Shown piece by piece: positions 1-9,808 of a stretch of DNA of 64,000 nucleotides. The notes beneath the pieces were generated by a model that did not search any database, had not been told where the DNA came from, and saw only the letters and a program-made list of their open reading frames with translations. This stretch comes from an uncultured Alphaproteobacteria bacterium (GTDB taxonomy: Bacteria; Pseudomonadota; Alphaproteobacteria; Rhizobiales; Xanthobacteraceae). Made by a program: the position numbers and the translations under genes. The stretch is from assembly GCA_963766925.1 (NCBI GenBank), contig CAVYCI010000003.1, positions 879 to 64,878 of the forward strand, read 5' to 3'. How positions within the stretch are numbered: the first letter of the stretch is position 1; every line of letters starts with the position of its first letter.

Positions 1-1
1 G

Positions 2-571
2 GAGTACGGAACACTCACGCTGGCAGCAAACGGAAACTTCACCTACACGGAAACCGCTCCCAATGCCGTAAGTTTCGGCGTCGCAGAAGATGTGTTCACC
101 TTTAACGTCAGCAACGCCCAGGGCGGAACAGCTGAATCGACTTTCACTGTACTGAACACAAATCCGGACGAAACCTACATCTCCGGCGTCGCCGGCAGCT
201 CCATCAGCGCATCACCCGGATACGCCGTGCTCGACGGGAGCGCCGGCGACATGCACGTTTCAGCGAGCGCTTATGGCGCGACTTCGCAATGGCTCATCGG
301 AGGTCCAGGCGATACCCTCACTGGCGGCAAAGGCGCCGATACGTTCGTGTTCACCCCGAACATTGGCAAGGAGACGATCAATCATTTCAACACCTCGCTC
401 GATGTCATCGACATTCCGGTCAGCCTGGTCCCCGATTTTGCAGCACTTCGGGCCGACATACATCCTTCTGGAGGCGGCGCGGTAATCACGCTCGACGCGA
501 CCGACTCAATCACACTGAGCCACGTTGAGGCCCATAACCTGCAGGCCCATAATTTTCATTTTGTGATTTAA
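2..571 (+). CDS. 3' end of a large secreted repeat protein. It has a VCBS/cadherin-like repeat, one RTX-type Ca-binding nonapeptide and a type I secretion-like C-terminal tail. The 5' end is outside the window.
   Basis: Frame 2 is open from base 2. It reads EYGTLTLAANGNFTYTE, the YGTLxxxxNGxxTYT repeat signature. It also has a GGKGADTFVF Gly/Asp nonapeptide and a tail ...DVIDIP...ITL...HNFHFVI. Stop at 569-571. Confidence 0.6.
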   Translation, partial: EYGTLTLAANGNFTYTETAPNAVSFGVAEDVFTFNVSNAQGGTAESTFTVLNTNPDETYISGVAGSSISASPGYAVLDGSAGDMHVSASAYGATSQWLIGGPGDTLTGGKGADTFVFTPNIGKETINHFNTSLDVIDIPVSLVPDFAALRADIHPSGGGAVITLDATDSITLSHVEAHNLQAHNFHFVI

Positions 572-971
572 ACGCCGCCAAATGGATACCGTTGCGATAG
601 TCGCCTAACGGGTTGGATGGCAACCTTTGCTAAAGACCGGCTGAAGCGCCCCGCTCCCTCACAGTCGAAAACCTCGTCGCCCTGCGTCCGCACCGCTTCC
701 TCCCGGAAATAACGATGGCGGATTGCCAGCCTTCCGCGTTTCACCGAGAAGCACGCCCTCAAGCCCGACGCATCGGGAAGGAGCCTGCGGCAGAAGCGTC
801 GCCGCCATCCCGGCGATCTGTGCTAGTCAGACTAACGCTGTCCGCAACGCCGACGGGGTCATAGAATGAAACAATCCAGGTGAGCAGGATAAGCCGCGCC
901 ACGGAGAACCAGGCCGCGTCGCGGCATTGTCCGCCGAGAGAGCGCTGCGCATTCCTCTGTGTAACTGTCAG

Positions 972-1682
972 ATGCGAAACGTGATATTCGGACGTCTTTT
1001 CATTCTTGCAGCTTGTGTCCTGATACTTTCGGGGCAGTCAGATTTCGCCGATCTCGCCACGCGTGATCCTGCCTCGTCGCTGAAGATCTACGCGGTGAAC
1101 GTTCTGCGGGTACCGCGCGAGTCGTGGACCGGACTGGGTGTCTATCTGGGCAAGGGTCTTGTACTGACGGCGGCGCATGTGGTGAGCCGCAGGTTCTGGG
1201 TTACGAATGAAGTCGAAATCGCGGGCAGAGTTCTGCCCGCGAGAGTCATCAAACAGGGCAGTTTCAGCGATGTTGACCTGGCGCTTCTGTCGATAGACGA
1301 CGAGGCCCTCCCCGTCAGCCTCCGCCTGCGGCGCGTCGGCCTTTGCAGGAATCCGGTTACCGCCGGCGAGGAAATAATTTCCGCGACACCGGCGAAGATC
1401 GCCCGTTCGCATATCGTTGAGCCGGCAAGTCTTCCAGAAAATCTTGACGCAAAATTCCGCACGGCAATGGCCGATGTCGTGTCCACGGGCGCGTCCGGAT
1501 CCGGCGTTTTCGACGCCAGTCAAAAGTGCCTGCTTGGCATAGTAAGCGGGAAGATATTTCAGTCCTCGGGCCCCCAGGCAGGACCCAGAACCAAACTCCC
1601 GCGGGACATCGCGAAGTTTTTCGTCCCCGCGTCGGCAATTGCCGGCTTTATGCCAACCGAATATCGCGACATCCTGCGTTAA
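972..1682 (+). CDS. Secreted trypsin-like (S1 family) serine protease
   Basis: N-terminal signal-like segment MRNVIFGRLFILAACVLILSG. Catalytic triad contexts: LTAAHVV (His), DVDLALLS (Asp), GASGSGVFD (Ser). The ORF extends to a TTG at 927, but the ATG at 972 gives a normal signal peptide. Confidence 0.7.
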   Translation: MRNVIFGRLFILAACVLILSGQSDFADLATRDPASSLKIYAVNVLRVPRESWTGLGVYLGKGLVLTAAHVVSRRFWVTNEVEIAGRVLPARVIKQGSFSDVDLALLSIDDEALPVSLRLRRVGLCRNPVTAGEEIISATPAKIARSHIVEPASLPENLDAKFRTAMADVVSTGASGSGVFDASQKCLLGIVSGKIFQSSGPQAGPRTKLPRDIAKFFVPASAIAGFMPTEYRDILR

Positions 1683-1733
1683 ACCGCCGGAACGGGGCAA
1701 TCGCGGACGAAACCTGCAAATCGACCTGACTGA

Positions 1734-2046
1734 TCAGCGCGCGTGCCAGACCGCGGTACGGGATGCGGCCCAACAAAAATCGTCGGTGTTGGTCCAGGTA
1801 CGCCCTTCCAAAGAAAACCGGCCTCCGCCATTGGCAGCGATGCACCCAGCGTAGACCCGTTCGTAGGTCGCGGTAAATCTCGCCGAATTTCCGTGGCACC
1901 AGTCCTGAATCCACGCCTCGCGCAGACAGGCCCGGTAGGCCGAGTTCCACCGAAGGTGCAAGCAATGTGCCTCCAGCAAACGCCGTGGATATCGGCGCAA
2001 GACAAAGTCCCAAAATGAGGACGCCCCCTGTAACCGAAGCCTTCAT
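1734..2046 (-). pseudogene. Small secreted cysteine-rich protein (about 103 aa), readable only across an apparent +1 frameshift near 1978-1982
   Basis: The ATG at 2046 gives MKASVTGGVLILGLCLAPISTAFA (signal peptide with an AFA cleavage site), after which that frame turns into Arg-rich noise. The adjacent frame continues EAHCLHLRWNSAYRACLREAWIQDWCHGNS...FCWAASRTAVWHAR (6 Cys) to a stop at 1734. Length is 313 nt = 3n+1. Confidence 0.35.
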
Positions 2047-2270
2047 GCCTGCCTCCTCAGCCTCCGCCACTACGGGGGCATGCCTTTAAGGATGTGATAA
2101 TCATGGCAAAGAGTGACGCCCCTGTCACCCCATATTGAAAAGCAGGATTCGCCGAGATCATCGCGGCCGGCCGGAGCCATGCGACCATGCATAACCGCGA
2201 TCAATTGCCGGTAACAGGAACTTAACACCCGCCGGAGGAAAGTTGCACCGGCATACCGGATTTCGCCAAT

Positions 2271-2567
2271 ATGATCGGCTTACTCATTTCCCTGTCCCTG
2301 GGATTGCTGCTGGCGCAACGATTCAAAGCGTTCGTGCTGATGCCGGCTACTGTTCTTGTGGCGCTGGGAACATTCATCTCCGGAATCGCAGATTCCGGGG
2401 CAATCGGGGTTGAATTGCTCCTGGCGGGAGCGGCAGCGATCAGCCTTCAGTTAGGTTACTTTCTCGGGCTTGCCGCTCATGCCGTCCTCGCCGGAACCCG
2501 CGGTAACCGGGCCGCCGGCGTACCAATCGCAAAGCAGGTTCGTTCTTCTGAGCGGCCGGCACACTGA
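2271..2567 (+). CDS. Small integral membrane protein (hypothetical)
   Basis: 98-aa ORF with an ATG start and three hydrophobic segments (IGLLISLSLGLLLA, VLMPATVLVALGTFISGI, LLLAGAAAISLQLGYFLGLAAHAVLA). No recognisable domain. Confidence 0.4.
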   Translation: MIGLLISLSLGLLLAQRFKAFVLMPATVLVALGTFISGIADSGAIGVELLLAGAAAISLQLGYFLGLAAHAVLAGTRGNRAAGVPIAKQVRSSERPAH

Positions 2568-2744
2568 CTTGCCGGCGCCCGGAGGCCGGTGGCGCTCATA
2601 ATCTCACTCAAGACCTTCACACAGATCGAATATCTCGCTTCCGACCACCGACTCTCGCGCGCGCTGAAGCAGGGTGTCCTTGCCTCGAACGGCGCATTGA
2701 GACGCGGGAATCGAGACGCGGGATCTGCAGATTTATGAGCCGAA

Positions 2745-3497
2745 TTAGCTGGCGGCCTGGAGGCGGGCAGCGCCTTTCCGCCCACGGCGCCAGCCAAAAA
2801 AGCCGAAGGCCCCAAAACCCCCGGCAAACAGCGGCAGAGTCGCCGGCAGCGGCGTAGATGATGTTCCCCCTTGAATGAAGGGATTGCCCCACGTCAGGTC
2901 ATCAAGCTCGAAAGAGTTCTGAGATGACGAAAGGACGACGCTGTTAAACACAGCGTTATCACCAAGGATGTTGCTGATGGTGATAAACTGGTTGTTTGCA
3001 TAATCGGTCTGCGACCCTTGCGCGCTCGTGGGCGGAATGATCGCTGCGGCCGCCTGCGTGCCGGTGACCGTCTCGAGCAGCGTACCGTTGTTGTAAAATG
3101 AAATGGAATTATAGGAATTGATCGAGCCCCAATACAGGCCGAGTTTGGTGTACGACCCGGTGAACGCAACATTCTCGCTGGTGCCGCCCAGCACAGCCAG
3201 ATATTGGGAGCTGTCACCAAGCGGCTCGGCGTAAAGACCGAGCGACGTACCGGGGCCCGGATTTGTCATTAGAATACCACCCCCCGAAAAAGCCGCGCCT
3301 CCGTCCGAAAACGGACCCTGAGGGCTGGTTTGACCGTAGGTCGTGGTCGACGGCGGGCTGTTGAAATTCGCGACGTTTCCAAAACTGACGGTGGAATATG
3401 AATCCGTGTTCGAGGACGTAATGGTAGCGGCATTTGCCGCACCCGACGAGACAGCCAGGACGGCAACACCAACACCTGCAAAAAACGATCTGTTCAT
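2745..3497 (-). CDS. Secreted protein with a PEP-CTERM-like (VPLPA-type) C-terminal sorting tail
   Basis: ATG at 3497. Signal peptide MNRSFFAGVGVAVLAVSSGAANA. Ser/Thr/Gly/Asn-rich body. C-terminus is TPLPATLPLFAGGFGAFGFFGWRRGRK: a Pro motif, a TM helix and a basic cluster. Confidence 0.7.
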   Translation of the reverse strand: MNRSFFAGVGVAVLAVSSGAANAATITSSNTDSYSTVSFGNVANFNSPPSTTTYGQTSPQGPFSDGGAAFSGGGILMTNPGPGTSLGLYAEPLGDSSQYLAVLGGTSENVAFTGSYTKLGLYWGSINSYNSISFYNNGTLLETVTGTQAAAAIIPPTSAQGSQTDYANNQFITISNILGDNAVFNSVVLSSSQNSFELDDLTWGNPFIQGGTSSTPLPATLPLFAGGFGAFGFFGWRRGRKGAARLQAAS

Positions 3498-3663
3498 TGC
3501 GCTATCTTTCCCGGCCACGTTAGAATTTCTGATAGTTTGAACACAATATTGACCGGGGTCAACGCGAAGCCCCCAGTGACCCTGACATTTGTTAGTATTG
3601 CCGACTTAACGATCAGACCGATTGACCCCGCCGGGGCAAGCGGCGTGTTGCGCTACCCCAACG

Positions 3664-3695
3664 CCAAAACGAAGAAACGGCCTCGCGGCGGTTTC
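3664..3695 (-). terminator. Rho-independent terminator candidate downstream of the 3719-4288 gene
   Basis: The minus strand reads GAAACCGCCGCGAGGCCGTTTC (stem with one mismatch) followed by TTCGTTTTGG. Confidence 0.45.
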
Positions 3696-3718
3696 TCCGA
3701 AATCCGATCATTCGCTGA

Positions 3719-4288
3719 TCAGGCGGTAGCGACCGCAACGGAACGCTTCTTCATTCCGCGAAAGGCAAACAGGCCAAGACCGGCGAAGCCCGCGACCAGC
3801 ATTGTCCAGGTCGACGGGAGGGGAGTTGCGGTCACACTCCCAAACAGATCCACTTGGCTCTGACCAGGGCTCTGTCCCAGAATATATGGAGCGCCGCTTC
3901 CTGGGGAGAAAATGTTCACGTCCGTGTTCGTGACGGTATTGAGGACGAGCAGTCCGGGGTTATCGAACGCCGTTCCAAATGGCGAATTCAGCGCGGGATA
4001 CAGAACGTTGTCATACAACCACTGGCCGTCGGGACTGGTGGCAGACCCTGGAGGAGTGACAGCACTGCCAAGAAGGGTCACGGCATCGCCCAATATCGTG
4101 CCGGTAACACCGGTAATGGCGACGCCCGCGCCTTCGGCACCGCCCGTAGTGATGTCGAGGCTGACCACGACCGCACCGGACGGCGTCAGTGACCCCGTAA
4201 AAAGAAACGTTGAAGCCCTCGCAGCCGGAGCAAGCGAAATAATAGCCATCGCCACGGCGGCTGCAGAAAGGACGGTCAACTTCTTCAT
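3719..4288 (-). CDS. Secreted protein with a PEP-CTERM-like C-terminal sorting tail
   Basis: ATG at 4288 preceded by AAGGGGAA. Signal peptide MKKLTVLSAAAVAMAIISLAPAARA. C-terminus is TPLPSTWTMLVAGFAGLGLFAFRGMKKR. Confidence 0.7.
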   Translation of the reverse strand: MKKLTVLSAAAVAMAIISLAPAARASTFLFTGSLTPSGAVVVSLDITTGGAEGAGVAITGVTGTILGDAVTLLGSAVTPPGSATSPDGQWLYDNVLYPALNSPFGTAFDNPGLLVLNTVTNTDVNIFSPGSGAPYILGQSPGQSQVDLFGSVTATPLPSTWTMLVAGFAGLGLFAFRGMKKRSVAVATA

Positions 4289-4602
4289 TATGTATTCCCC
4301 TTTAAGCCGGACTTGTCCACTAACGTCTCGACAATCTTCGATTGCAGTCTATGATCGTACCAATCCCAAAACGCGAAGGCTAAGTCAACACTCCCTTAAC
4401 ATTTCTAACGGAGTTAGCCCATTTTTACGAGATTTGGCGTCAGGCTCTGGAAACTATAAACGTCTGATTTTATGGAATAATTATAAGACAGGCGGTGCAA
4501 CGAGACGATCTTTACCCTAGCGCAAAGCGCCTTTGTGAGAATGGAACGTGAGTGACTAAGGTCACCTTCCTCTGATTCTCGCCGGTCGAGGGGAGATTTG
4601 CC

Positions 4603-5436
4603 TTATCGCAGAGCGCGCAACCCGCACATCCAGGACAGCAACTCCCCGTCCGGTGCCGCAAGCGCGTCGAGGATCGTAAAATGGGTTCGGCCGGCGACCT
4701 CGTACAGTTCGGCCCGCGCCCTGCGTGCGCGCCACTCTGCGACAAAGTCGGCCGTCCATCGCTTGAACCCTCGTGTTTCGTCGCCACCGACCAAGCCGAG
4801 CAAAGGTACCAGGGTGACGCCTTCCCTGAGTGCCCTGAGGCGAAGCAACGGACTGGATTCGGCGGCTTCGTCCTCTGACAGACCGAGATCGATATTGATC
4901 GAAGTGTGCAGCAGCGGCCGCAGATCGAACGCGCCGCTGATGGTCGCCAGTCCGATAATTGGCCCCTCCCCACGGGTTGCCTGATCAAGCGCCAGCATGG
5001 CGGCGAGCTGGCCGCCGGCGGAGTGTCCGGAAACAACAATGCATTCGGGCTCGAGATGTCTGACAGTCCAGTTCAACGCCAGACGCATTTGATCGGCGAT
5101 GCCGCCGACACGAACGGCCGGAACCAGGTCGTAGTTCGGCATGACCACCGTTATGCCGGCGTTGCGATACGGCTCCGCGATGAAGGAAACATAAGACTTG
5201 TCGAGCGCCCGCCAGTAGCCGCCGTGGATGAAAAACAGAATCGGCGCGCGGTCGCCCGCTGGGAAAATATCAAGAAGGCAACGCGGGCCCGCCGCATAGC
5301 GTTGATTCAGAAGACAGGCGCCATTGCTCCGCACGATCGCGCTGCGGCGTTGGTGGCCGTCATAGACCAGCTCACGTTCGGGGTGCCGCCTGCGCAGAGC
5401 GAACTCGGCTTCCAGCGCGTCGTCGATCATTGCCAA
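4603..5436 (-). CDS. Alpha/beta hydrolase, arylformamidase/esterase-like
   Basis: FFIHGGYWRALDK oxyanion-type motif and a VSGHSAGGQL nucleophile elbow (GxSxG). It is the last gene of the Liv-type operon, 16-22 nt after livF. The start is TTG 5436 or ATG 5430. Confidence 0.75.
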   Translation of the reverse strand: MAMIDDALEAEFALRRRHPERELVYDGHQRRSAIVRSNGACLLNQRYAAGPRCLLDIFPAGDRAPILFFIHGGYWRALDKSYVSFIAEPYRNAGITVVMPNYDLVPAVRVGGIADQMRLALNWTVRHLEPECIVVSGHSAGGQLAAMLALDQATRGEGPIIGLATISGAFDLRPLLHTSINIDLGLSEDEAAESSPLLRLRALREGVTLVPLLGLVGGDETRGFKRWTADFVAEWRARRARAELYEVAGRTHFTILDALAAPDGELLSWMCGLRALR

Positions 5437-5452
5437 AATGCCCTTCGATCCA

Positions 5453-6169
5453 TCAGGGTTTGAGATAAGCCTCTTTGACGCCGGGATCGTTCATCAGCAC
5501 GCTGGTTTCCGCGCCGCTCACGAGTGCCCCCTCCGCCAGCACGTAGCCATATGTCGCCACGCGCAGCGCCATATTGGCGTTCTGCTCGGCCAGCAGAATC
5601 GACATGCCCGCCTCATTGAGGTGCCTGATGGTCGCGAAAATTTCCTGGACCACCCGGGGAGCAAGCCCGATCGACGGTTCGTCGAGGAGAAGAAGCCTCG
5701 GCTTCGACATCAGAGCCCGCCCGATCGCCAGCATTTGCTGCTCTCCGCCGGACAGCAGCCCGGCGGCCTGACGCTCGCGTTCGCGAAGCCGCGGGAACAG
5801 GTCGAACACCATCGCCATGTCGGCCGCCACCGTGCGATCGCGCCGTGGCCACAGCCGGCGGAAGGCGCCCATTTCAAGATTCTCGCGAACCGTCATCGGC
5901 GAAAAGACGCGCCGGCCTTCCGGCACGAGAGTAACGCCGTAATCCAGCCGGGTGGACGCGGAGCGGCCGGCAATATCGGTGCCCTCGATCAGGATCCGCC
6001 CTTCGTTCGGCGGCAGCAGGCCGCCTAGGCAGCGCAGCAGCGTTGTCTTGCCGGCACCGTTGGCGCCGATCAGACAGACCGACTGTCCGCGCCCGACCCG
6101 GAACGAAATTCGATGCAGAACTTCGATGCTGCCGTAGCCCGCGGTCAGCGCTTCGACTTCAAGCATCAT
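5453..6169 (-). CDS. livF: Branched-chain amino acid-type ABC transporter ATP-binding protein (LivF-like)
   Basis: Walker A GANGAGKTT, signature LSGGEQQML, Walker B LLLLDEPS. Overlaps the livG stop. Confidence 0.9.
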   Translation of the reverse strand: MMLEVEALTAGYGSIEVLHRISFRVGRGQSVCLIGANGAGKTTLLRCLGGLLPPNEGRILIEGTDIAGRSASTRLDYGVTLVPEGRRVFSPMTVRENLEMGAFRRLWPRRDRTVAADMAMVFDLFPRLRERERQAAGLLSGGEQQMLAIGRALMSKPRLLLLDEPSIGLAPRVVQEIFATIRHLNEAGMSILLAEQNANMALRVATYGYVLAEGALVSGAETSVLMNDPGVKEAYLKP

Positions 6170-6932
6170 CGGTCGCACCCAGATACGCGGTCAGGACGTC
6201 CGGATGCCTGCTGATTGCTTCGCCCGGACCTTCCGCGATCCGAACGCCATTGTTCAGAACAAGAATGTCGTGGGAAAGCGACATGACCATGCGCATGTTG
6301 TGCTCGACGAGCAGCACCGTCATTCCCTGTTCGTTCAGGGCCCTGATGATGCCTTCCATGTGATCGGCTTCCGCCCGCGGCAGTCCGGCGGTCGGCTCGT
6401 CGAGCAGAAGGAGACGCGGCCCGCCGGCAAGCGCGCGTGCGAGTTCGAGCATCTTCATTTCTCCGTAGCTCAGCGCGCCGGCCGGAACGTGTGCCTTGCC
6501 GGCGAGACCGAAACGCCGGAGCAAATCGAATGAAGCTTCCTCGAGCGCACGCTCTTCGGCGCGAAATGACCTGTCGCGCAGAATGGCGTGAGCGAAACCG
6601 GCGCGGCCGCGCAGATGACATCCGGCGACCACATTTTCCAGAACGGTCATATCGCGGAAGATCTGAAGGTTCTGGAATGTGCGGGCGATGCCGAGGCGCG
6701 CCCGCGCAAATGTCGGCAGGGTATCGATGCGGCGGCCGTCGAACCAGATATGACCGGACGTGTGGCGTGTAACGCCGGCGATCATGTTGAAGAGCGTGCT
6801 TTTGCCGGCTCCATTGGGCCCGATGACCGCCTTTATCTCCCCGGCCGCGACATCGAAACTGAGGTCAGCAACGGCGCGAAGTCCCTGGAAATTGCAGTTC
6901 AGTGCTTCAATCTTCAGGAGCGTTGTGCTCAC
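6159..6932 (-). CDS. livG: Branched-chain amino acid-type ABC transporter ATP-binding protein (LivG-like)
   Basis: Walker A GPNGAGKST, signature LSYGEMKML, Walker B LLLLDEPTAG. The GTG start overlaps the livM stop (GTGA). Confidence 0.9.
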   Translation of the reverse strand: MSTTLLKIEALNCNFQGLRAVADLSFDVAAGEIKAVIGPNGAGKSTLFNMIAGVTRHTSGHIWFDGRRIDTLPTFARARLGIARTFQNLQIFRDMTVLENVVAGCHLRGRAGFAHAILRDRSFRAEERALEEASFDLLRRFGLAGKAHVPAGALSYGEMKMLELARALAGGPRLLLLDEPTAGLPRAEADHMEGIIRALNEQGMTVLLVEHNMRMVMSLSHDILVLNNGVRIAEGPGEAISRHPDVLTAYLGATDDA

Positions 6933-7966
6933 GCCGGCCTCCCGCGCCCGCGGGCATGCCGGTTTCGCAACGCCGAGGGTATGCCGGCGAGGCCGCGCGG
7001 AAAGACAACGAGCACGACCAGCATGCCGGCACCGAACAGCAGGAGCTCGGCGTCTTCGTAATCAAGCAAAAGTTGCGGTACGGCAGTGTAAATAATCGCT
7101 CCAAGCACCGGTCCCCAATACGTTCCGGAGCCGCCAAGCGCGACCATCACGACCAGAAGGATGGAGCTCGCGACGCCAAACGTTTCCGGTGAGGCGTACT
7201 GGTTGATGTGGACGTAAAGACTGCCGGCAATTCCCGCCATCCCGGCGCTCATCACAAAAAACAGAAGCTTGACGCGCGCGCTGTCGATGCCCAGCGCTTC
7301 GGCTCCGAGTTCGTTGGTCGCGACTGCGCGGAGCGCGCGGCCGGGCCGCGAGTGCAGGAGGTGCAGAATGGCGACCATCACCAGAAGCGACATCAGCCAG
7401 ACGAGCGGAAATTCGCGCAGGTCGGTGTCGAGCCGGAAACCGCCGATCGAAAATGGCGCAACACCGAGCAGCCCGTTGGGCCCCCCGGTGAGATCGACCA
7501 GGCGGTTGAACAGGACGACGAGAATTGCATTCCAGCCGAGCGTGGCCATCGACAGGTACAAACCGCGCAGCCGCAGAACAGGAACGCCGATCACGAGAGC
7601 GGCCAGACCTGTCGCGAGCATGGCCGCCGGCAATCCGATCCAGCCGGCAATGCCGAACCGGGCACTGAGAATACCGCTGACGTAGGCCCCGAGGCCGAAG
7701 AAGCCGGCGTGGCCCAGCGAAATCTGTCCGCCGTAGCCCATCAGAAGATTAAGGCTCGCGATCAGAATAACGTTGATCAGCAGGAGATTCGCAAGCGAGA
7801 CCAGATAATTGTTGGGAGCAGCAAACGGCACGACAAGAAAAACGAGCCACAGGAGCAGCAATCGCCAACGACCGGACGCAAACGATCCGGCCGGCCTGCC
7901 AGCCGCACGATCCGGCCGGCGTGGGCCGGCGTTCGCGGGAAATGGGCGCGCGTTTTTGCTGTTCAT
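6929..7966 (-). CDS. livM: Branched-chain amino acid-type ABC transporter permease (LivM-like)
   Basis: 345 aa, multi-TM, with a typical LivM core (LNLLMGYGGQISLGHAGFFGLGAY). Confidence 0.85.
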   Translation of the reverse strand: MNSKNARPFPANAGPRRPDRAAGRPAGSFASGRWRLLLLWLVFLVVPFAAPNNYLVSLANLLLINVILIASLNLLMGYGGQISLGHAGFFGLGAYVSGILSARFGIAGWIGLPAAMLATGLAALVIGVPVLRLRGLYLSMATLGWNAILVVLFNRLVDLTGGPNGLLGVAPFSIGGFRLDTDLREFPLVWLMSLLVMVAILHLLHSRPGRALRAVATNELGAEALGIDSARVKLLFFVMSAGMAGIAGSLYVHINQYASPETFGVASSILLVVMVALGGSGTYWGPVLGAIIYTAVPQLLLDYEDAELLLFGAGMLVVLVVFPRGLAGIPSALRNRHARGRGRPA

Positions 7967-7986
7967 GGGCGGCGCCGAACCATCGG

Positions 7987-8869
7987 TCAGACTTTGGTTA
8001 TTTCGGCGCGGCCAAAAAATCCGGACGGACGCAGAAACAGAATCAGCAGCAGGACCGCGAAAGCGATCGCGTCCTTGAAGTCGGACGAAATATAGAAACT
8101 GCCGAATGCCTCCAGCAGTCCGAGTGCGATACCGCCCGCCACCGCTCCACCCAGGCTCCCGATCCCGCCCAGCATCGCGGCGCTGAAGCCTTTGAAACCG
8201 AAAGCAGCGCCCTGATCGTACGAGGCGAGCGTGAGCGGCGTGATGATCGCGCCCGCCAGCGCGCCGGCGAAGGCCGCGATGGCAAATGACAGCATGACCG
8301 TCGTCTCGACCCTCACCCCGACGATCGCTGCCGCCTCACGGTCGGCGGCCGCCGCGCGAAGCGCCTTGCCCAGCATGCTGCGTTCGAAAAACAGATGCAT
8401 GGCGATCAGAAAAACGAGCGTAATGCCGAAAATCCAGAGCGTTTGCGTCTGAAAGCTGATCCCCAAAAACCCGAGGCTTTCGGTTTTTGAAAATCCCGGA
8501 TATCCGACCGGGCTTTTGCCGAGGATCAGCATCATCAGTCCGCGCGTGCAGATGGCAAGTCCGATGCTGATCAGCGTGATCAGCAGCGGGTTGGGGTTAC
8601 GCAACGGCCGGATGACCAGCCGTTCGGAGACGATACCGACGATCGGCCACCAGCAAAACGGCAACGAGACAGGCCAGCGCGACATTGTTCGTTGCGGCAA
8701 ACAGCAGGGCCGAAATCATGCCGCCCATCACCACCCATTCGCCCTGCGCGAAATTCATCGCGCCAGTGCTTTTGAACACCACGTTGAAGCCGAGCGCCAT
8801 GAGTGCGTAAATGCTGCCGGTGCCCGCACCGATGACAAGCAGCTGGACCACGGTCGCCGCGGTGTGCAT
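7987..8869 (-). pseudogene. livH: LivH-like ABC permease interrupted by a +1 frameshift near 8645-8656
   Basis: ATG at 8869 gives MHTAATVVQLLVIGAGTGSIYALMALGFNVVFKSTGAMNFAQGEW...LVAVLLV. The next frame continues PIVGIVSERLVIRPLRNPNPLLITLISIGL... to a stop at 7987. Total 883 nt = 3n+1. Confidence 0.8.
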
Positions 8870-8877
8870 CGCCGCGG

Positions 8878-9807
8878 TCAGAACGTTCGCATGCGGTTGG
8901 TTTCGAACGCCGGGATCACGACGCCCATTTCGCGAAACCTCTGCCGCGCGTTGGCGACGTAGGTTGCCATCGTGTCTTCTTCCTGGGCGCGGCTTGCCGC
9001 ACCCAGGCCCGCTGCGGCACACGCCGCGTCTGCGTCCGCCTCGGCGGCTGCGTGTTCCGGCGCGAGCCAAGGGCAGTGGTAGCCCTTGAACTCCGTATCG
9101 CGGATGTGTGCCGCGACCTGCTCCGCGATGAGCCCGCACTCCGCCGCGGTCCAGCGCGGAGCTCTGCTGGCGAGGTAAAGCCATCCGAACGCCGCGTGCC
9201 GTTCCTTGTCGGCAATGATGTGATCGAGCATTGCAGCGATTGCCGGATTTTTTGCGTTGATCCGCCAGGTGCGGCAGAGCTCCAGTTCGAGCCCGTCCTC
9301 GAAAGCGCAGAAACACGCCACGTAGCTGTCGAGATGCTGCGCGGCGTCGAGCACGCGGCGATGCAGGTTGCGGTTGAACGCCGCCTCATAACCGCGATTG
9401 GCCGGCCTCGTAAGACGGCCTCCGAATGCGTCTGTCACGCGTTCGAAACACTCGACATGCCACGCCTCTTCGGTGTTGCGCACCGTGAGAAAAAACTTGG
9501 GGTCGATTTCGCGGCCGGTCTCCATGCAGAGGCGGACCAACAGGGCAGGAGTTTCGGTAAGGCCGGTGACCTCCATCCACAGCCGTCTGCTCCAGGTCCG
9601 CCTCGCCGCTTCGCGGGTCGGCGCATCGTATTGTTCAGGACGCAATTCGCTCCAGGCGATGTCGCGATGCGGATTCCAGCGGCCTGCCTTGCCGGTATCG
9701 TAAAGCTCCCGGATCTGCGGAAGCGTGACATTCATTTCGAGCGGAAAGCGCCGTTCGACCAGAAGGCGAAGCGGCGGCAGCGCGGCCTGGCCTGCGGCGC
9801 CCTGCAT
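8878..9807 (-). CDS. Ferritin-fold di-iron carboxylate protein, RNR-R2-like (paralogue B)
   Basis: Ligand-like motifs WMEVTGLTETPAL, NTEEAWH (ExxH), FEDGLELE and ADKERH (ExxH). About 30-35% similar by eye to the upstream paralogue. The ATG at 9807 lies 1 nt after the upstream TGA (TGAgATG). Confidence 0.7.
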   Translation of the reverse strand: MQGAAGQAALPPLRLLVERRFPLEMNVTLPQIRELYDTGKAGRWNPHRDIAWSELRPEQYDAPTREAARRTWSRRLWMEVTGLTETPALLVRLCMETGREIDPKFFLTVRNTEEAWHVECFERVTDAFGGRLTRPANRGYEAAFNRNLHRRVLDAAQHLDSYVACFCAFEDGLELELCRTWRINAKNPAIAAMLDHIIADKERHAAFGWLYLASRAPRWTAAECGLIAEQVAAHIRDTEFKGYHCPWLAPEHAAAEADADAACAAAGLGAASRAQEEDTMATYVANARQRFREMGVVIPAFETNRMRTF

Positions 9808-9808
9808 C

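Noticed and set aside
568-762. 64-aa minus-strand ORF after the RTX-like gene
   Set aside because: It is short and Arg-rich, lacks an RBS or signal, and is probably intergenic.
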